Positions 18,941 to 30,907 of a DNA stretch of 64,000 nt are shown piece by piece (position 1 is the first letter of the stretch; each line of letters opens with the position of its first letter). Source of the DNA: Bdellovibrio sp. (lineage in GTDB: Bacteria; Bdellovibrionota; Bdellovibrionia; Bdellovibrionales; Bdellovibrionaceae); contig JAKFBS010000002.1 in assembly GCA_036677065.1 (NCBI GenBank), forward strand, positions 96,001-160,000. Reading direction: 5' to 3'. The translations under genes were made by a program, and so were the position numbers. Below the pieces are notes generated by a model. The model did not search any database. It saw only the letters and a list, made by a program, of their open reading frames with translations, and was not told where the DNA came from.

Positions 18941-20053
18941 ATGAAAGTAATGACCATTGTAGGCACTAGGCCTGAGATTATTAAACTGAGCCGTATTCTG
19001 ACATTACTTGATAAATCAGTAGATCATGTTTTAGTTCATAGCGGCCAAAATTATGACTATGAATTAAATGAAGTTTTTTTTAAAGATTTAGAATTAAGAA
19101 AACCAGATTATTTTTTAAATGCCGCAGGTGAAACTGCAACTGAAACTATCGCTAAAGTCATCGCCGAAAGCGATAAAGTGATGGAAAAAGAAAAACCAGA
19201 TGCTATTTTGCTTTATGGTGATACAAATTCTTGCTTAAGCGTTATTGCCGCAAAAAAACGTAAAATTCCAATTTTTCATATGGAAGCCGGAAATCGTTGT
19301 TTTGATCAGCGTGTGCCTGAAGAAATTAACCGTAAAATAGTAGATCATTTGGCGGATATTAATATGCCGCTTTCAGAACATGCGCGCCAGTATCTTATTC
19401 GTGAAGGTGTGCCTGCAGACCGTATTATTAAAACGGGCAGCTGCATGGGTGAAATTTTTGAATACTTCGGGCCAAAAATCGAAGCTTCAGATATTTTTAA
19501 GACTTTAAATGTCAAAGCCAAAGAATATATTCTGGTCAGTATTCACCGTGAAGAAAATGTGGATTACCCAGAGAACTTCACAAACTTGATCGAATCTTTA
19601 AATGTTTTAGCTAAAGAATTAAATAAAAGAGTTCTGGTTTCGACACATCCAAGAACGAAGAAAAAACTCGATGCTTTAACTGATGTTGAAATGAATTCAC
19701 AAGTTGAATTTCTAAAGCCCTTTGGCTTTTTAGATTACAATAAATTGCAAAAACACGCTTACTGTGTTGTTTCTGATAGCGGAACAATCACTGAAGAGGC
19801 GAGTCTTTTGAAAATGCCAGCCATCATGATTCGTAATGCTCACGAAAGACCAGAAGGTATGGATGAGGGTATTGTTATCATGTCGGGCACAGACCCAAAA
19901 GATATTCTTCAAGCTGTTAAGGTGGCGGTATCGTGCAAACCAACTCGTAATATCCCAGATTATGATAATAACAATGTTTCAGAACAAGTCTTAAAAATTA
20001 TTTTAAGCTATGTTCATTTTGTAAATCGCGTGGTGTGGCGCAAAACTACATAA
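18941..20053 (+). CDS. fnlC: UDP-2-acetamido-2,6-dideoxyhexose 2-epimerase (FnlC/WbjD/QnlB; UDP-GlcNAc 2-epimerase family)
   Basis: GTRPEIIKLS, HSGQNYDYELNE, HMEAGNRCFD..PEEINR, SDSGTITEE, ERPEG. Confidence 0.82.
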   Translation: MKVMTIVGTRPEIIKLSRILTLLDKSVDHVLVHSGQNYDYELNEVFFKDLELRKPDYFLNAAGETATETIAKVIAESDKVMEKEKPDAILLYGDTNSCLSVIAAKKRKIPIFHMEAGNRCFDQRVPEEINRKIVDHLADINMPLSEHARQYLIREGVPADRIIKTGSCMGEIFEYFGPKIEASDIFKTLNVKAKEYILVSIHREENVDYPENFTNLIESLNVLAKELNKRVLVSTHPRTKKKLDALTDVEMNSQVEFLKPFGFLDYNKLQKHAYCVVSDSGTITEEASLLKMPAIMIRNAHERPEGMDEGIVIMSGTDPKDILQAVKVAVSCKPTRNIPDYDNNNVSEQVLKIILSYVHFVNRVVWRKTT

Positions 20054-20056
20054 AGC

Positions 20057-21148
20057 ATGAATTTATATCAATTATTTAATAATTTTTATTTTCTTAACTT
20101 TTTCGTTTTCGTCTTAGCTTTGTCGATTACTTTTTTTGTTATTCCTGCAGTGATTCGTGTGGCTCATCTAAAACATCTTGTTGATGAGCCAGATAAAGAC
20201 CGAAAAACTCATGCAGGTCGAATTCCAAATTTGGGTGGTATCGCTATTTTTGCAGGTCTTATTATTGCATTTTCAATGTCACGCGATTTGCAGAACTTAT
20301 TAGATGTAAAATACTTAGTGCCTGCACTTATTGTGCTATTTTTTGCTGGTATTATGGATGATATTTTAGATTTAAGCCCACTTAAAAAATTGTTTGCGCA
20401 ATTGATTAGCGCATTTTTAATCGTATTCTTGGGTAATATTAAAATTAACAGTTTTTATGGCATGTTCGGATTGCAAGAAATCCCATCGGCAGTGGCAGTG
20501 ATTTTTACGATTATGGTGATTGTAACAATTATTAACTGTTACAATCTTATTGATGGAATCGACGGCCTTGCCGGAAGCCAAGGTATGTTATCGGCGATCA
20601 CTTTCGGCACTTGGTTTGTACTGACCGGGCATTGGTCATTGGCTTTTTTATCGTTTGCTTTAGCGGGTAGTTTATTAGGCTTTTTACTATTTAACTGGTC
20701 TCCGGCAAAGATTTTTATGGGAGATACCGGAGCCATGTTAATTGGCTTTATTCTTTCAGTGCTTTCTATTCATTTTATTGAATTAAATAAAGCGCTAAGT
20801 ATTACGCGGTTGTACTGGGTGCATGCGTCTACAAGTGTTGCGATTGGCATTATGGCTATACCAATTTTTGATATGTTGCGGGTGTTTGGTTTGCGGGTGT
20901 TGCATCGTAGGTCACCGTTTAAGCCAGATAGAACTCACTTGCACCATATCTTGATTGATTTAGGTTTAAGTCATCGCCAAGTATCTTCGTTGTTATTTGC
21001 TTGGGGAAGTTTGGTTATTTTACTATGTGTAATATTGCGAGATTTTAAATCATCTAATCTTTTGCTTGTGTTGATCGGTATAGTTTTTGTTCCGTCGATG
21101 ATTTTGTTGAAAATCAGAAACAAGAAGATCTTAAAGTTACAAACCTAG
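20057..21148 (+). CDS. wecA: Undecaprenyl-phosphate HexNAc-1-phosphate transferase (WecA/MraY family)
   Basis: RKTH..IPNLGG, GIMDD, NLIDGIDG, IFMGDTG, PDRTHLHH. Confidence 0.9.
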   Translation: MNLYQLFNNFYFLNFFVFVLALSITFFVIPAVIRVAHLKHLVDEPDKDRKTHAGRIPNLGGIAIFAGLIIAFSMSRDLQNLLDVKYLVPALIVLFFAGIMDDILDLSPLKKLFAQLISAFLIVFLGNIKINSFYGMFGLQEIPSAVAVIFTIMVIVTIINCYNLIDGIDGLAGSQGMLSAITFGTWFVLTGHWSLAFLSFALAGSLLGFLLFNWSPAKIFMGDTGAMLIGFILSVLSIHFIELNKALSITRLYWVHASTSVAIGIMAIPIFDMLRVFGLRVLHRRSPFKPDRTHLHHILIDLGLSHRQVSSLLFAWGSLVILLCVILRDFKSSNLLLVLIGIVFVPSMILLKIRNKKILKLQT

Positions 21149-21205
21149 ACTAGACCAAGCAAGCATAAGCAAAATGATGCAAGACCATTTTTTATTGCTT
21201 AGACT

Positions 21206-23347
21206 TTGAAGGGTATGAGCAAAAAACCCTACGTAAAAGCATCTCAGAAAAACTCAAGTAAACATCAAACGATTGAACAGAACGAGCCACTTTCACCACT
21301 GCAATGGATGATTTGTGTTTTTGTAGTGATCATGCCGCTGTTATTTTGTAAGTGGAATGATCAATCACCCTTTGAAATGATTAAGGCTTATTTTTCGGCG
21401 GCTTCAATTACGGTTATTGCCGGAATATTTTTAGTCTCTCGTCTATTTAAAGAAAAAATTGAAATCAGATACAATATGTGGGTTTGGGGATTGTTAATTT
21501 ATCTTGCAGCCTACATGTTGTCGTTTGCCTTTGCGGGGCATCATTACAGTTCACTATGGGGCGTGCTTAATCTTCCTGCCGGATCAGTGATGACTGTTAC
21601 CACATTTGTCATTATGTCTTTGATATCGGTGCAAATTTTTTCGCACGAACATTCATTAAAAAAACTAGCTGCCTGTTTTGTTTTCTGTGCTTTTTTAATG
21701 TCGCTTTATGGAATCCTTCAACATTTTGGCGGTGATCCAATTAAATGGTGGGTTTATGCTTCTATGGAAGAGCGTGCTTTATCAACGATGGGGCAGTCTG
21801 TAGGTTATGGCACAGTGCTTGGCTGTTGTTTACCTTTATGTTTTGCTTTTTTTATTACTTCAGCTAATAGAAAAAAAGCTATTCTATGGGCGATTACATT
21901 TATCTGTATGAATCTTGGAATTTTGTATTCTGGCTCACGTTTGCCGATTCTTGCCTATTTTCTTGTGATGGTGATCTTCTTAGGTTTTCTGACTATTTTT
22001 AAAAGAAAGCTCTCTGCAATTAGCTGGAAGCGCATTGCGATTGCCTATGCCATTATTATTCTAGCGAATGTGGCTTACTTTGCAGAACCTGGTCAAAATT
22101 CATTGCAGAATAAGCTTGGGGCTGAAGAAATCAAAAATGGTTACGGTACGCGATTTATTGTTTGGGGTACAGCGTTTGAAATGTGGAAGAAAAATCCATG
22201 GCTTGGCGTGGGCCCAGAGAACTTCGGTGAAGAATTCAACCACTTACAAACTGTCGAGCAAAATTATGGTGAAAGCTGGAATCTTATTTGGCATAAGGCG
22301 CATAATGAATTTATTCATTATTTAGCTACGACCGGGATTATTGGTTTTGCAGCTTACTTTTGGTTAATTATTTTAATGTTTATACCAGTCTTTAAAATTT
22401 TATTTCGTAAAGAGTGGGAGACTGACTACGTTTTTGCAGTGGCCCTGTTGGGGGGCTTTGGATTTCTATTAGCCACTCATATGACGGCGTTTAGTTTTAT
22501 TCCGACGTTGATGTTTTTCTATCTTTTTCCAGCGATGAATTTTAGTTTTGCGAATTTAGAAAAATCAAAAACCATTGAAAATAAATTATCAAAAATGGGT
22601 CGCTACATTGCTGCAGGAGCAGTTACAGTTCTATTGACGTTTATCGTTTATAAAGTAAATAACGTGTGGCAAGCAGATATGAATTACAATGATTCACGCA
22701 GACAGCTTGTGAATTATGGCAATTTTGATAAAGCCAACGAATTATTAGAAACGGCCATTAAGCAAAATCCAGGCAATGCTGAGTACTGGTGTTTCAGAGC
22801 CGATATCTATTATAACTTTTTAGTGCGTTCGGTGCGTGAACAAGGGGCATCGGCAGAAGCTAAAAAACGCCAATTGTTTGATGAGGTCGTGAAGTCTTCA
22901 GATACGTGTGTGAAGATGGATGATCGCAAATCAGATCTATGGCGCGCCCGTGGAACGCTATTTATGTCGTTATCACAGATGGTTCCGCAAATGCTTGAAG
23001 GTAGCCTTGCTGCATTTAAAAAGGCTGTCGAAGTGTATCCTAATAACCCGTATAATCATATTTCTGTAGCAGGAGTTTATCGTCGTAAAGGGCGCAATGA
23101 TTTGGCCATTGAAGAATTAAATATCGCTATCAGTAAACGTAGAGATATCATTCCGGCATACGCGGATTTGTTAAGTATTTATTATCAGGATAAGCGATAT
23201 AAAGATGTTCAAGATCTGATAAATTCAGTGCGTGCTTTGAATATTCAAAAATCTGAGTTTCGTGTACACATGCCAGCTATTATTAAGCTAGCACGTGACA
23301 ACAACGACCCGCAAACAGCTCAAGCCTTTGAGTCGATGTTAAAATAA
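21206..23347 (+). CDS. O-antigen ligase (Wzy_C) family membrane protein with C-terminal TPR repeats
   Basis: Multiple TMs, SGSR, R..VW..A..M.K.PWLGVG..NF, KAHNE motif, then TPR-like helices. Confidence 0.82.
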   Translation: MKGMSKKPYVKASQKNSSKHQTIEQNEPLSPLQWMICVFVVIMPLLFCKWNDQSPFEMIKAYFSAASITVIAGIFLVSRLFKEKIEIRYNMWVWGLLIYLAAYMLSFAFAGHHYSSLWGVLNLPAGSVMTVTTFVIMSLISVQIFSHEHSLKKLAACFVFCAFLMSLYGILQHFGGDPIKWWVYASMEERALSTMGQSVGYGTVLGCCLPLCFAFFITSANRKKAILWAITFICMNLGILYSGSRLPILAYFLVMVIFLGFLTIFKRKLSAISWKRIAIAYAIIILANVAYFAEPGQNSLQNKLGAEEIKNGYGTRFIVWGTAFEMWKKNPWLGVGPENFGEEFNHLQTVEQNYGESWNLIWHKAHNEFIHYLATTGIIGFAAYFWLIILMFIPVFKILFRKEWETDYVFAVALLGGFGFLLATHMTAFSFIPTLMFFYLFPAMNFSFANLEKSKTIENKLSKMGRYIAAGAVTVLLTFIVYKVNNVWQADMNYNDSRRQLVNYGNFDKANELLETAIKQNPGNAEYWCFRADIYYNFLVRSVREQGASAEAKKRQLFDEVVKSSDTCVKMDDRKSDLWRARGTLFMSLSQMVPQMLEGSLAAFKKAVEVYPNNPYNHISVAGVYRRKGRNDLAIEELNIAISKRRDIIPAYADLLSIYYQDKRYKDVQDLINSVRALNIQKSEFRVHMPAIIKLARDNNDPQTAQAFESMLK

Positions 23348-23980
23348 TTATTTAACTAAAGTAATGCCCTCGTCAGATACACTGATGAGGCGTTGCTTAT
23401 ACAAACCGCCCAAAGCCATTTTGTATTTCTTTTTACTAGCTCCAAAAATTTCATATATTTTTTCGGGGCTGGTTTTGTCGTTTATAGCTAAAAATCCACC
23501 AGCTTTTTTAAGCTCTTCGATGATCTTTTCGCCGATATCTTGGGTAGCATGGTGGCCTGGGGCGCGAAGTAATAGATCAATTTTGTTATCTTCGCGTAGC
23601 TTAGAGATAAATCCTTTAGTGTGCTGGCCAGTCTGCAGCTTAGCGAATACTTCATTTTTATAAAGCATGCCGATTTTAGCGCCATCCACGATGCATTTAT
23701 AACCTAACGGCGTCTCGTTGAGCACAAATAAATCGACCTGTTGTCCAGCGATTAAGCCCTTTAAATCGGCGTTAGCATGCTTTTCTAAGCGCATAGAGGC
23801 TAATAAGTCACTGCCTTCCATGAACAAGATGGTCATAATCTCATTCCCAACCGAAAGCTTATGCGTTTGTTCACTCGCGGGCATGAAATATTGGTTCTGT
23901 TCGTTGTCTTCTAAGACAACTTCGTACGAGTTCATATCGATTACAAAAAGATTAAGAAAGGTACCTGGCTTGTAAGTCAT
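23348..23980 (-). CDS. cvfB: CvfB-like S1 RNA-binding protein
   Basis: TPLGY..GMLYKNE, REDNKID, C-terminal DKTSPEKI..FGASKKKYKMALGGLYK winged helix. Confidence 0.8.
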   Translation of the reverse strand: MTYKPGTFLNLFVIDMNSYEVVLEDNEQNQYFMPASEQTHKLSVGNEIMTILFMEGSDLLASMRLEKHANADLKGLIAGQQVDLFVLNETPLGYKCIVDGAKIGMLYKNEVFAKLQTGQHTKGFISKLREDNKIDLLLRAPGHHATQDIGEKIIEELKKAGGFLAINDKTSPEKIYEIFGASKKKYKMALGGLYKQRLISVSDEGITLVK

Positions 23981-24083
23981 AGGCTTCTGGATACAGCGCT
24001 TGCGATATAAAGTAAAAGACATTATAGTCTGAAAATCACTTTGTGAAAAATTTTAACTCCACTTTTAAGGAATCGTACGGCCT

Positions 24084-25034
24084 ATGAAAGTTCTAGAACA
24101 TATCGATCGTGCTGCGGGCAAATCACCTCTTTTTAGCTATGAAATAGTGCCTCCTCCAAGAGGAAGTTCTGCTAAGGATATCGTTGACGTCGTAGAAAAA
24201 TTAGCTGTCTTGCAACCACCTTGGATTGATGTGACTTCGCATTCGTCTTCGGCTTTTTATCAAGAAAAACAAGACGGAACGATTCAAAAACGCACTTTGC
24301 GCAAACGCCCCGGAATGCTTGGTATTTGCGGGATCATTCAAAACCGTTTTAAAATTGATACCGTGGCGCATATGCTGTGTTTAGGTTTTTCAAAAGAAGA
24401 AACCGAAGACGCTTTAATCGAGCTAAATTTCTTAGGTATTGAAAACATTCTAGCTTTGCGCGGGGATGCGCCTAATTTTTCAAAACCCATTCGTGCTGAT
24501 CGCACGATGAATGCACAAGCCTCAGATTTAGTAAAACAGGTACGTGAACTTCGTGATGGCCAGTTTTTAGATGATCTGGATAATTCATCGGCTTTAAACT
24601 TCTGTGTGGGTGTTGCCGGGTATCCTGAAAAACATTTCGAAGCGCCAAGTTTAAAATTAGACATTCAAAATTTAAAGAAAAAAGTTGATGCCGGTGCTGA
24701 CTACATCGTAACGCAAATGTTTTTTGATAATAAAAAATATTTTGAGTTTGTTTCTCAATGCCGCGATGAAGGCATTAAAATACCCATTATTCCGGGTCTT
24801 AAGATGTTGCGATCTGAGCCGCAATTACGGTCTATTCCAAAAAATTTCTATATTGATATTCCTGATGAGCTTGTCGACCAGGTGACCACTCACCCTAAAA
24901 TGGCAGCTGAGCATGGTAAAAACTGGATGAAAAAGCAAGTGCAAGGTCTTTTAGACGCTGATGTGCCTTATGTGCATTTCTACGTTCTCAATAATGTCGA
25001 TGCCGTTGCTGAAGTTGTTAATAGCTTTCGCTAA
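24084..25034 (+). CDS. metF: 5,10-methylenetetrahydrofolate reductase
   Basis: [39 protein letters not shown]; adjacent to metH. Confidence 0.93.
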   Translation: MKVLEHIDRAAGKSPLFSYEIVPPPRGSSAKDIVDVVEKLAVLQPPWIDVTSHSSSAFYQEKQDGTIQKRTLRKRPGMLGICGIIQNRFKIDTVAHMLCLGFSKEETEDALIELNFLGIENILALRGDAPNFSKPIRADRTMNAQASDLVKQVRELRDGQFLDDLDNSSALNFCVGVAGYPEKHFEAPSLKLDIQNLKKKVDAGADYIVTQMFFDNKKYFEFVSQCRDEGIKIPIIPGLKMLRSEPQLRSIPKNFYIDIPDELVDQVTTHPKMAAEHGKNWMKKQVQGLLDADVPYVHFYVLNNVDAVAEVVNSFR

Positions 25035-25048
25035 TAAGGAATAATACT

Positions 25049-28000
25049 TTGAGCACATTACAAGAATTAAAAGATATATTCAGTTCGCGCGTGGCGTTTA
25101 TCGATGGCGCTATGGGAACAATGATTCAGTTAGAAAAACTATCTGAAGCTGATTACCGTGGCCAGCAATTCAAAAATCACGATAAAGATCTTAAGGGTAA
25201 TAACGATTTATTAGTTCTGACTAAGCCAGAAGTCATTTACAAAATTCATAAAGAGTATTTAGATGCTGGTGCAGACATTATTGAAACGAACACATTCAAT
25301 TCAACAAGTGTAGCGCAGGAAGATTACGGCTTAAGCCATATCGCTTTTGAATTAAATAAAGTAGCGGCAGAGGTCGCTAAAAAAGCCTGTGCCGATTTAT
25401 TTAAAGAAACGGGTCGTAAAGGCTACGTGGCAGGAACTCTTGGGCCCACAAATAAAACAGCATCACTAAGCCCAGATGTTAATAATCCAGCTTACCGCGC
25501 CATTAAATTTGATGAGCTAGTTGCTACCTACAAAGAACAAATCGAAGGTTTACTAGCCGGTGGCTGCGACATTATCTTAGTTGAAACTATCTTTGACACG
25601 TTAAATGCGAAAGCGGCCTTATATGCTTTTGCAGATGTGAACGAAAAACATGGCGGAACAATTCCGTTAATGATTTCTGTGACGATCACCGACCTGAGCG
25701 GCCGTACTTTATCTGGACAAACTGTTGAAGCTTTTTGGAACAGTATTTCGCACGCAAAACCTTTAAGTGTTGGTATTAACTGCGCCCTTGGTGCCCGTGA
25801 GATGCGCCCGTATATCAAAGAATTATCACGCGTAGCAGATTGTTATATTTCTTGTTATCCGAATGCGGGTCTTCCTAATCCGTTGTCGCCGACAGGGTAT
25901 GATGAAACGCCAGAGTCATTGGCGTTTGATTTAGGTCAGATGATCGATGACGGTGCTGTTAATATTATTGGTGGCTGTTGCGGCACGACACCAAAGCACA
26001 TCGCAGCTTTAGTGGCTAATCACAAAGTTCGTAAAGGTCGTAATGAAACTGAATGGGCTAAGATTAATAAAAATTGTCTGAATTTATCAGGCTTAGAACC
26101 ATTCAAACATGGCGCAAACTTCACCATGATCGGCGAGCGCACAAACGTAACCGGTTCAAAAAAGTTTGCTAACTTAATTAAAGATAAAAAATTTGACCAA
26201 GCCTTAGAAGTCGCAAAACAACAAGTTGAAAACGGCGCAAATATCATCGATATCAATTTTGATGAAGGTTTACTTGATTCAAAAAATGTCATGATTCATT
26301 TCTTAAATTTACTAGCGGCAGAACCAGATATTGCTAAAGTTCCGATTATGGTAGATTCATCAAAATGGGAAGTCTTGCACGCCGGTCTTAAATGTTTGCA
26401 GGGTAAAGCCGTAGTGAATTCGATCTCTCTTAAAGAGGGTGAAGAAGTTTTTTTAATGCAGGCCCGCGAAGTGCAAAAGCTGGGGGCGGCAGTGATTGTT
26501 ATGGCCTTTGATGAAAATGGCCAGGCAGTAACTTGTGAAGAAAAAGTGCGTATCTGTAAACGTGCTTATACGCTATTAACTGAAAAATTAGATTTTAATC
26601 CTTGTGATATTATTTTTGATACGAATATCTTAACCGTAGGCACTGGTTTAGAAGAGCATAACAACTATGGTGTTGAGTTTATCAATGCCGTTCGTGAAGT
26701 TAAACAACAGTGCCCAGGCGTATGGACAAGCGGCGGTGTATCAAATTTAAGTTTCGCCTTCCGTGGTCAGGATTTCATTCGCGAAACGATGCACTCAGTA
26801 TTCTTATACCATGCCATTCAAAATGGTTTAGACATGGGTATCGTTAATGCCGGGATGATTTCGGTTTATGATGATATTAAACCTGAATTAAGAAATCTTC
26901 TTGAAGACATGGTTTTAAATCGCACTGATGATAGTACCGAGAAATTATTAGATTATTCAAAAACGATCGGCCATAAAGCCGGAACCAAAATCGATGATTC
27001 AAGCAAATTAGAGTGGCGTAATCTACCTTTAGAAGAAAGATTAAAACATTCTTTAGTGCTTGGCTTAGATCAGTTTATTAACGAAGACACAGCTGAAGCC
27101 CTAACTTTATTAGGTCGTCCGATCAACGTGATCGAAGGCCCTTTAATGTCGGGCATGAAAGTCGTCGGCGATTTATTCGGCGTCGGTAAAATGTTTTTAC
27201 CTCAAGTTGTTAAATCAGCCCGCGTAATGAAAAAAGCCGTGGCTTACTTAGAGCCCTTCTTATTAGAAGAAAAACTTAAAAATAAAGACATCACTGCCGG
27301 TAACAAAAAAACCGTCTTGATGGCCACCGTAAAAGGTGACGTGCATGATATCGGTAAAAATATCGTAGGCGTTGTACTTGCTTGTAACGGTTATGAAGTG
27401 ATCGATTTAGGGATCATGACCCCGTTTCATAAAATTATCGAAGCGATTAAAACGCATAAGCCCGATGTTGTTGGCTTCAGTGGATTAATCACGCCATCTC
27501 TTGATGAAATGATTTTCAATTTATCTGAAATGAAAAAACAAGACATTCATCTTCCGGTGTTAATCGGTGGGGCTACGACTTCACGCGTTCATACTGCAGT
27601 TAAGATGGATCCAGCGTACCAGGGCCCGGTCGTTCATGTGGCCGATGCTTCACGTACAACTGAAGTTTTAAATAAACTTTTATCAGATGATCACAAAGTA
27701 AAAAATATTGCCCAGTACAAATCTGATTCACAAACCGTGCGTCAAAGTTTCTTAGACTCTTACAATGAAAAAGACACTATTTCAGTTGAAGAAGCCAGAG
27801 CTAAAAAATTCAAAGTTGACTGGACTCAGGCTGATCTGCCGACACCTAAAACAACGGGTGTTCAAGAGCACCATGTTGAGCTTGCAGAGCTTTCTGAATA
27901 CATCGATTGGTCTCCGTTTTTCTGGACTTGGGAATTAAAAGGCACTTACCCGAATATTCTTAAATCAGAAAAATACGGTGTAGAAGCGACAAAACTGTTC

Positions 28001-28681
28001 GATGATGCGCAAAAGATGCTGAATGGCTGGATTAAAAATAACCGCATTCAGCCAAAAATCGTAACTGGCTTATATGAAGCTGTAGCTACAGATGAAGAAG
28101 TTTCGATTTTTGCGGCTGATGATCAGCCAACACTGACTAAACCTGCGTTAGAAAAATTTCATTTTGAACGCCAACAAAAAGTAAAAACGGTTAACAGCAA
28201 TATTCATTATTCGTTAGCAGATTTTATTTTAGATAAAAAGTACGCCGAAAGTTCAAAAACTTCTAAAAAAGATTACTTCGGATTTTTTGCAGTCACTGCT
28301 TCTGCCAAAGTCGAAGAGATCGCCAATAAATTTGAAGCCGAACATGATGACTATCATTCAATCTTGGCTAAAGCCATCGGTGACCGTATTGCCGAAGCCT
28401 GTGCCGAATGGGCGCATAAAAAAATGCGTGATAATTTTGGTTTTGGTTTGACCGAGAACTTAACTAAAGAAGAGATCATTAAAGAGAAGTATCGTGGTAT
28501 TCGCCCGGCGCCGGGGTATCCGTCGTGCCCGAACCATTCGCAAAAAGGTAAGTTCTGGAAGCTTTTAGATGTTGAAAAACGCACCCAAATCCAGTTAACT
28601 GAAACCTATGCTATGTACCCAGGGTCGAGTGTTTGTGGGTACTACTTGATGGGAAGCCATGCGAAATACTTCGCTATTTAA
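25049..28681 (+). CDS. metH: Cobalamin-dependent methionine synthase
   Basis: [39 protein letters not shown]12 motif, [11 protein letters not shown] activation domain. Confidence 0.96.
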   Translation: MSTLQELKDIFSSRVAFIDGAMGTMIQLEKLSEADYRGQQFKNHDKDLKGNNDLLVLTKPEVIYKIHKEYLDAGADIIETNTFNSTSVAQEDYGLSHIAFELNKVAAEVAKKACADLFKETGRKGYVAGTLGPTNKTASLSPDVNNPAYRAIKFDELVATYKEQIEGLLAGGCDIILVETIFDTLNAKAALYAFADVNEKHGGTIPLMISVTITDLSGRTLSGQTVEAFWNSISHAKPLSVGINCALGAREMRPYIKELSRVADCYISCYPNAGLPNPLSPTGYDETPESLAFDLGQMIDDGAVNIIGGCCGTTPKHIAALVANHKVRKGRNETEWAKINKNCLNLSGLEPFKHGANFTMIGERTNVTGSKKFANLIKDKKFDQALEVAKQQVENGANIIDINFDEGLLDSKNVMIHFLNLLAAEPDIAKVPIMVDSSKWEVLHAGLKCLQGKAVVNSISLKEGEEVFLMQAREVQKLGAAVIVMAFDENGQAVTCEEKVRICKRAYTLLTEKLDFNPCDIIFDTNILTVGTGLEEHNNYGVEFINAVREVKQQCPGVWTSGGVSNLSFAFRGQDFIRETMHSVFLYHAIQNGLDMGIVNAGMISVYDDIKPELRNLLEDMVLNRTDDSTEKLLDYSKTIGHKAGTKIDDSSKLEWRNLPLEERLKHSLVLGLDQFINEDTAEALTLLGRPINVIEGPLMSGMKVVGDLFGVGKMFLPQVVKSARVMKKAVAYLEPFLLEEKLKNKDITAGNKKTVLMATVKGDVHDIGKNIVGVVLACNGYEVIDLGIMTPFHKIIEAIKTHKPDVVGFSGLITPSLDEMIFNLSEMKKQDIHLPVLIGGATTSRVHTAVKMDPAYQGPVVHVADASRTTEVLNKLLSDDHKVKNIAQYKSDSQTVRQSFLDSYNEKDTISVEEARAKKFKVDWTQADLPTPKTTGVQEHHVELAELSEYIDWSPFFWTWELKGTYPNILKSEKYGVEATKLFDDAQKMLNGWIKNNRIQPKIVTGLYEAVATDEEVSIFAADDQPTLTKPALEKFHFERQQKVKTVNSNIHYSLADFILDKKYAESSKTSKKDYFGFFAVTASAKVEEIANKFEAEHDDYHSILAKAIGDRIAEACAEWAHKKMRDNFGFGLTENLTKEEIIKEKYRGIRPAPGYPSCPNHSQKGKFWKLLDVEKRTQIQLTETYAMYPGSSVCGYYLMGSHAKYFAI

Positions 28682-29945
28682 GCCTAAACTATTTGAGTCT
28701 AAACTAGAGCTAGCCCTTTTATTGGTGGGTATTGTTTTGAGTTTATTGATGTTTAAAACATTGATGATTCATACAGATAATACCCAGTTGATGGATAAAG
28801 TGATGCAGATTAAAACCACGGGCACGTGGGTGCATCACGGGAATGCCGCAACTAAAATGGGCTCACTGCCAGGAAGTTTTTTAACGGCAGTTACGGCCAT
28901 TCCGATGATGGTGTGGTTTTCTCCTTATGCCGCTTGTGCGGTTATTTTACTTTGTCATTTATTGGGTTATTTTTTCTTAAGATACTTAGGTTATAAGATA
29001 GACCCTAATTTTAACCCCTTGCTGCTGGTGATCTTTTTTTGGTTAAACCCATGGCGGGTAGAGCAATCTGAATTATATAACCCGGGTTATTTATTCTTAT
29101 TTTCAGGTCTGCATTTGTGGAGTCTTTATCAAATGCGTGAACAAAAGTCTTTTTGGGCGAGCTTTTGGCTAGCGCTTTGTTTAGGTTTTTGTTTTCAGGT
29201 GCATTTTTCGGTTTTAATTCTGGGAATTAGTTTTGCTTATCTATTTTTCACGAAAAAAATCAAAGTGAATTACTGGGGCATCGCTGCTGGTTTAGCACTT
29301 GTTGCGCTATCGTTAGTGCCTTGGGCTATGCAGCTATTGGCGCAACAGCAAACGGCGTTAAAGCCAGCTTCAGATACATTTATCGGTAAGAATTTTGTCT
29401 TAGTTTACCCAGTCATTAAAGCTTTGATCTATTTTTTCAGAATGGGATCAGTTTATTTTGGTCGTCATATTTTTTCTGAAATCAACTTTGATTGGATGAC
29501 GATCACTTGGCTTAAATTAGCTATTGGTTATGTGTTTCACTCTTTGAAGTGGGTATTGGCTTTAGCAACACTTGTTTTATCTTTTCGATTTTTCTACAGC
29601 CATTTTCGCCATTATAAAAAAGAATTTCAGCAAAGAAGTTTTATCGATCATTACATGATCTCGCTTTTTATTGGGGTTTTTGCAGCTGCGAGCTTATCGC
29701 CAGTTGAATTTAACCACTGGCATTTTGTATTATGCATGCCTGCAATTTTATTTTACATCACGCTTAAACCTGAAGGTTATTTTATTAAGATTTGGGATAA
29801 GAAGAAAAATCAAATTTTAGCGACAACGGCCGTGGTTTTTATAATTTGGAATATCTTTGCAAGCTTTGGAAGTCGTTCACATTCAATTGAAAACGACTAT
29901 GATCTTGGCTTTAAGAAGCACTATAAGCTGAGTTCATCTGAGTAG
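28659..29945 (+). CDS. Hypothetical polytopic membrane protein (possibly GT-C/ArnT-like fold)
   Basis: 428 aa, about 10 hydrophobic segments, Asp in first loop; no definitive motif. Confidence 0.55.
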   Translation: MRNTSLFKPKLFESKLELALLLVGIVLSLLMFKTLMIHTDNTQLMDKVMQIKTTGTWVHHGNAATKMGSLPGSFLTAVTAIPMMVWFSPYAACAVILLCHLLGYFFLRYLGYKIDPNFNPLLLVIFFWLNPWRVEQSELYNPGYLFLFSGLHLWSLYQMREQKSFWASFWLALCLGFCFQVHFSVLILGISFAYLFFTKKIKVNYWGIAAGLALVALSLVPWAMQLLAQQQTALKPASDTFIGKNFVLVYPVIKALIYFFRMGSVYFGRHIFSEINFDWMTITWLKLAIGYVFHSLKWVLALATLVLSFRFFYSHFRHYKKEFQQRSFIDHYMISLFIGVFAAASLSPVEFNHWHFVLCMPAILFYITLKPEGYFIKIWDKKKNQILATTAVVFIIWNIFASFGSRSHSIENDYDLGFKKHYKLSSSE

Positions 29946-30387
29946 TCGTCGCAAGTACCGCAAGCGAGCCAACAACCCATAAAGAAAATTCTAACATGTA
30001 AATCTCTGGTGCGCGCATCCAGAAAAATCCAGCTGTTACAGATAACATAATACCAGCGAAAATATATTTATGACTGTAAAGCCATTCTTTTTCAGTCACT
30101 TTAAGCGGGAGCCAAATTGCTAAAGCACTTGTTAAAGTTAAAAAAGCACCGCACGCAGCCTGACAAAATTCGTGTGAAACCTGCATAAATAAACTAGTTA
30201 AGCCATAATGACCATTTGAAAACAGCCCTAAACCGAACTGCGGACATATTGCCATAACAAAGGCTGTCGCTAACATATGTATTACTAATAGACGGGGCAG
30301 AAACTTAAAAGGATTCACTTCAGGAAATAAATCTTTTTTAATATTTTGGAGAATTTTATTTTTGGTACTAAGATCAAAATTTTCCAT
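29911..30387 (-). CDS. Putative membrane anti-sigma factor with Cys motifs
   Basis: Directly downstream of the ECF sigma; about 4 TM segments; H..CPQFG..H and HEFCQAACG. Confidence 0.55.
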   Translation of the reverse strand: MENFDLSTKNKILQNIKKDLFPEVNPFKFLPRLLVIHMLATAFVMAICPQFGLGLFSNGHYGLTSLFMQVSHEFCQAACGAFLTLTSALAIWLPLKVTEKEWLYSHKYIFAGIMLSVTAGFFWMRAPEIYMLEFSLWVVGSLAVLATTTQMNSAYSAS

Positions 30388-30388
30388 A

Positions 30389-30907
30389 CTATCCTTTTAG
30401 CTTTTGTACCGCGCGAGAAATAATTTTTCGCACATTAGTTTCAGTTAATCCTAGAGCCTCGGCGATTTCACTAAATTCTTTTTCAGCAAAATAGCGTAAA
30501 TCGACTGCCGCTTTTTCTTTGTCGTTTAAAGACGACAGATCCAGCTCTTTAGTCTCTTGTTGATGAATAGGATTCGCAGTCGCGTTTTGTGACAATTCAG
30601 CGAATAATTCGTAATCTTTAATATAATCGCCGTAAATAGCTGATTTCTTACGGTAATCTTTAGCTTCTGATTTTGTAATGATAAATAGCCAGGCCATAGG
30701 CGAATAATCAGGGTTGTATTTATCCCGTTTATTATAGATCTGCGAATAAACAATCTGAACAATGTCTTCGCTGTCCTGCGAAGAAAGTCCTTTTTTGCGA
30801 CAGTACGAAAACACTACATGCGCTGTTTCACGATAAAACGATTCTAACGCTGAAGATTGCTCAGTCGAATTGGCTGCATTTTTGAGTGTTAGCAAATAGT
30901 TTGTCAC
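30389..30907 (-). CDS. ECF RNA polymerase sigma factor
   Basis: Region 2 (EDIVQ..AWLFII..DY) and region 4 (L..LNDKEKAAVDLRYF..FSEIAEALGLTETNVRKIISRA). Confidence 0.9.
   Translation of the reverse strand: MTNYLLTLKNAANSTEQSSALESFYRETAHVVFSYCRKKGLSSQDSEDIVQIVYSQIYNKRDKYNPDYSPMAWLFIITKSEAKDYRKKSAIYGDYIKDYELFAELSQNATANPIHQQETKELDLSSLNDKEKAAVDLRYFAEKEFSEIAEALGLTETNVRKIISRAVQKLKG
30568..30595 (-). promoter_or_regulatory. Putative ECF promoter inside the sigma gene, pointing to the anti-sigma gene
   Basis: ttgtcacaaaacgcgactgcgaatccta, 21/28 identical to 30901-30928 (TGTCACA-N16-CCTA). Confidence 0.5.
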
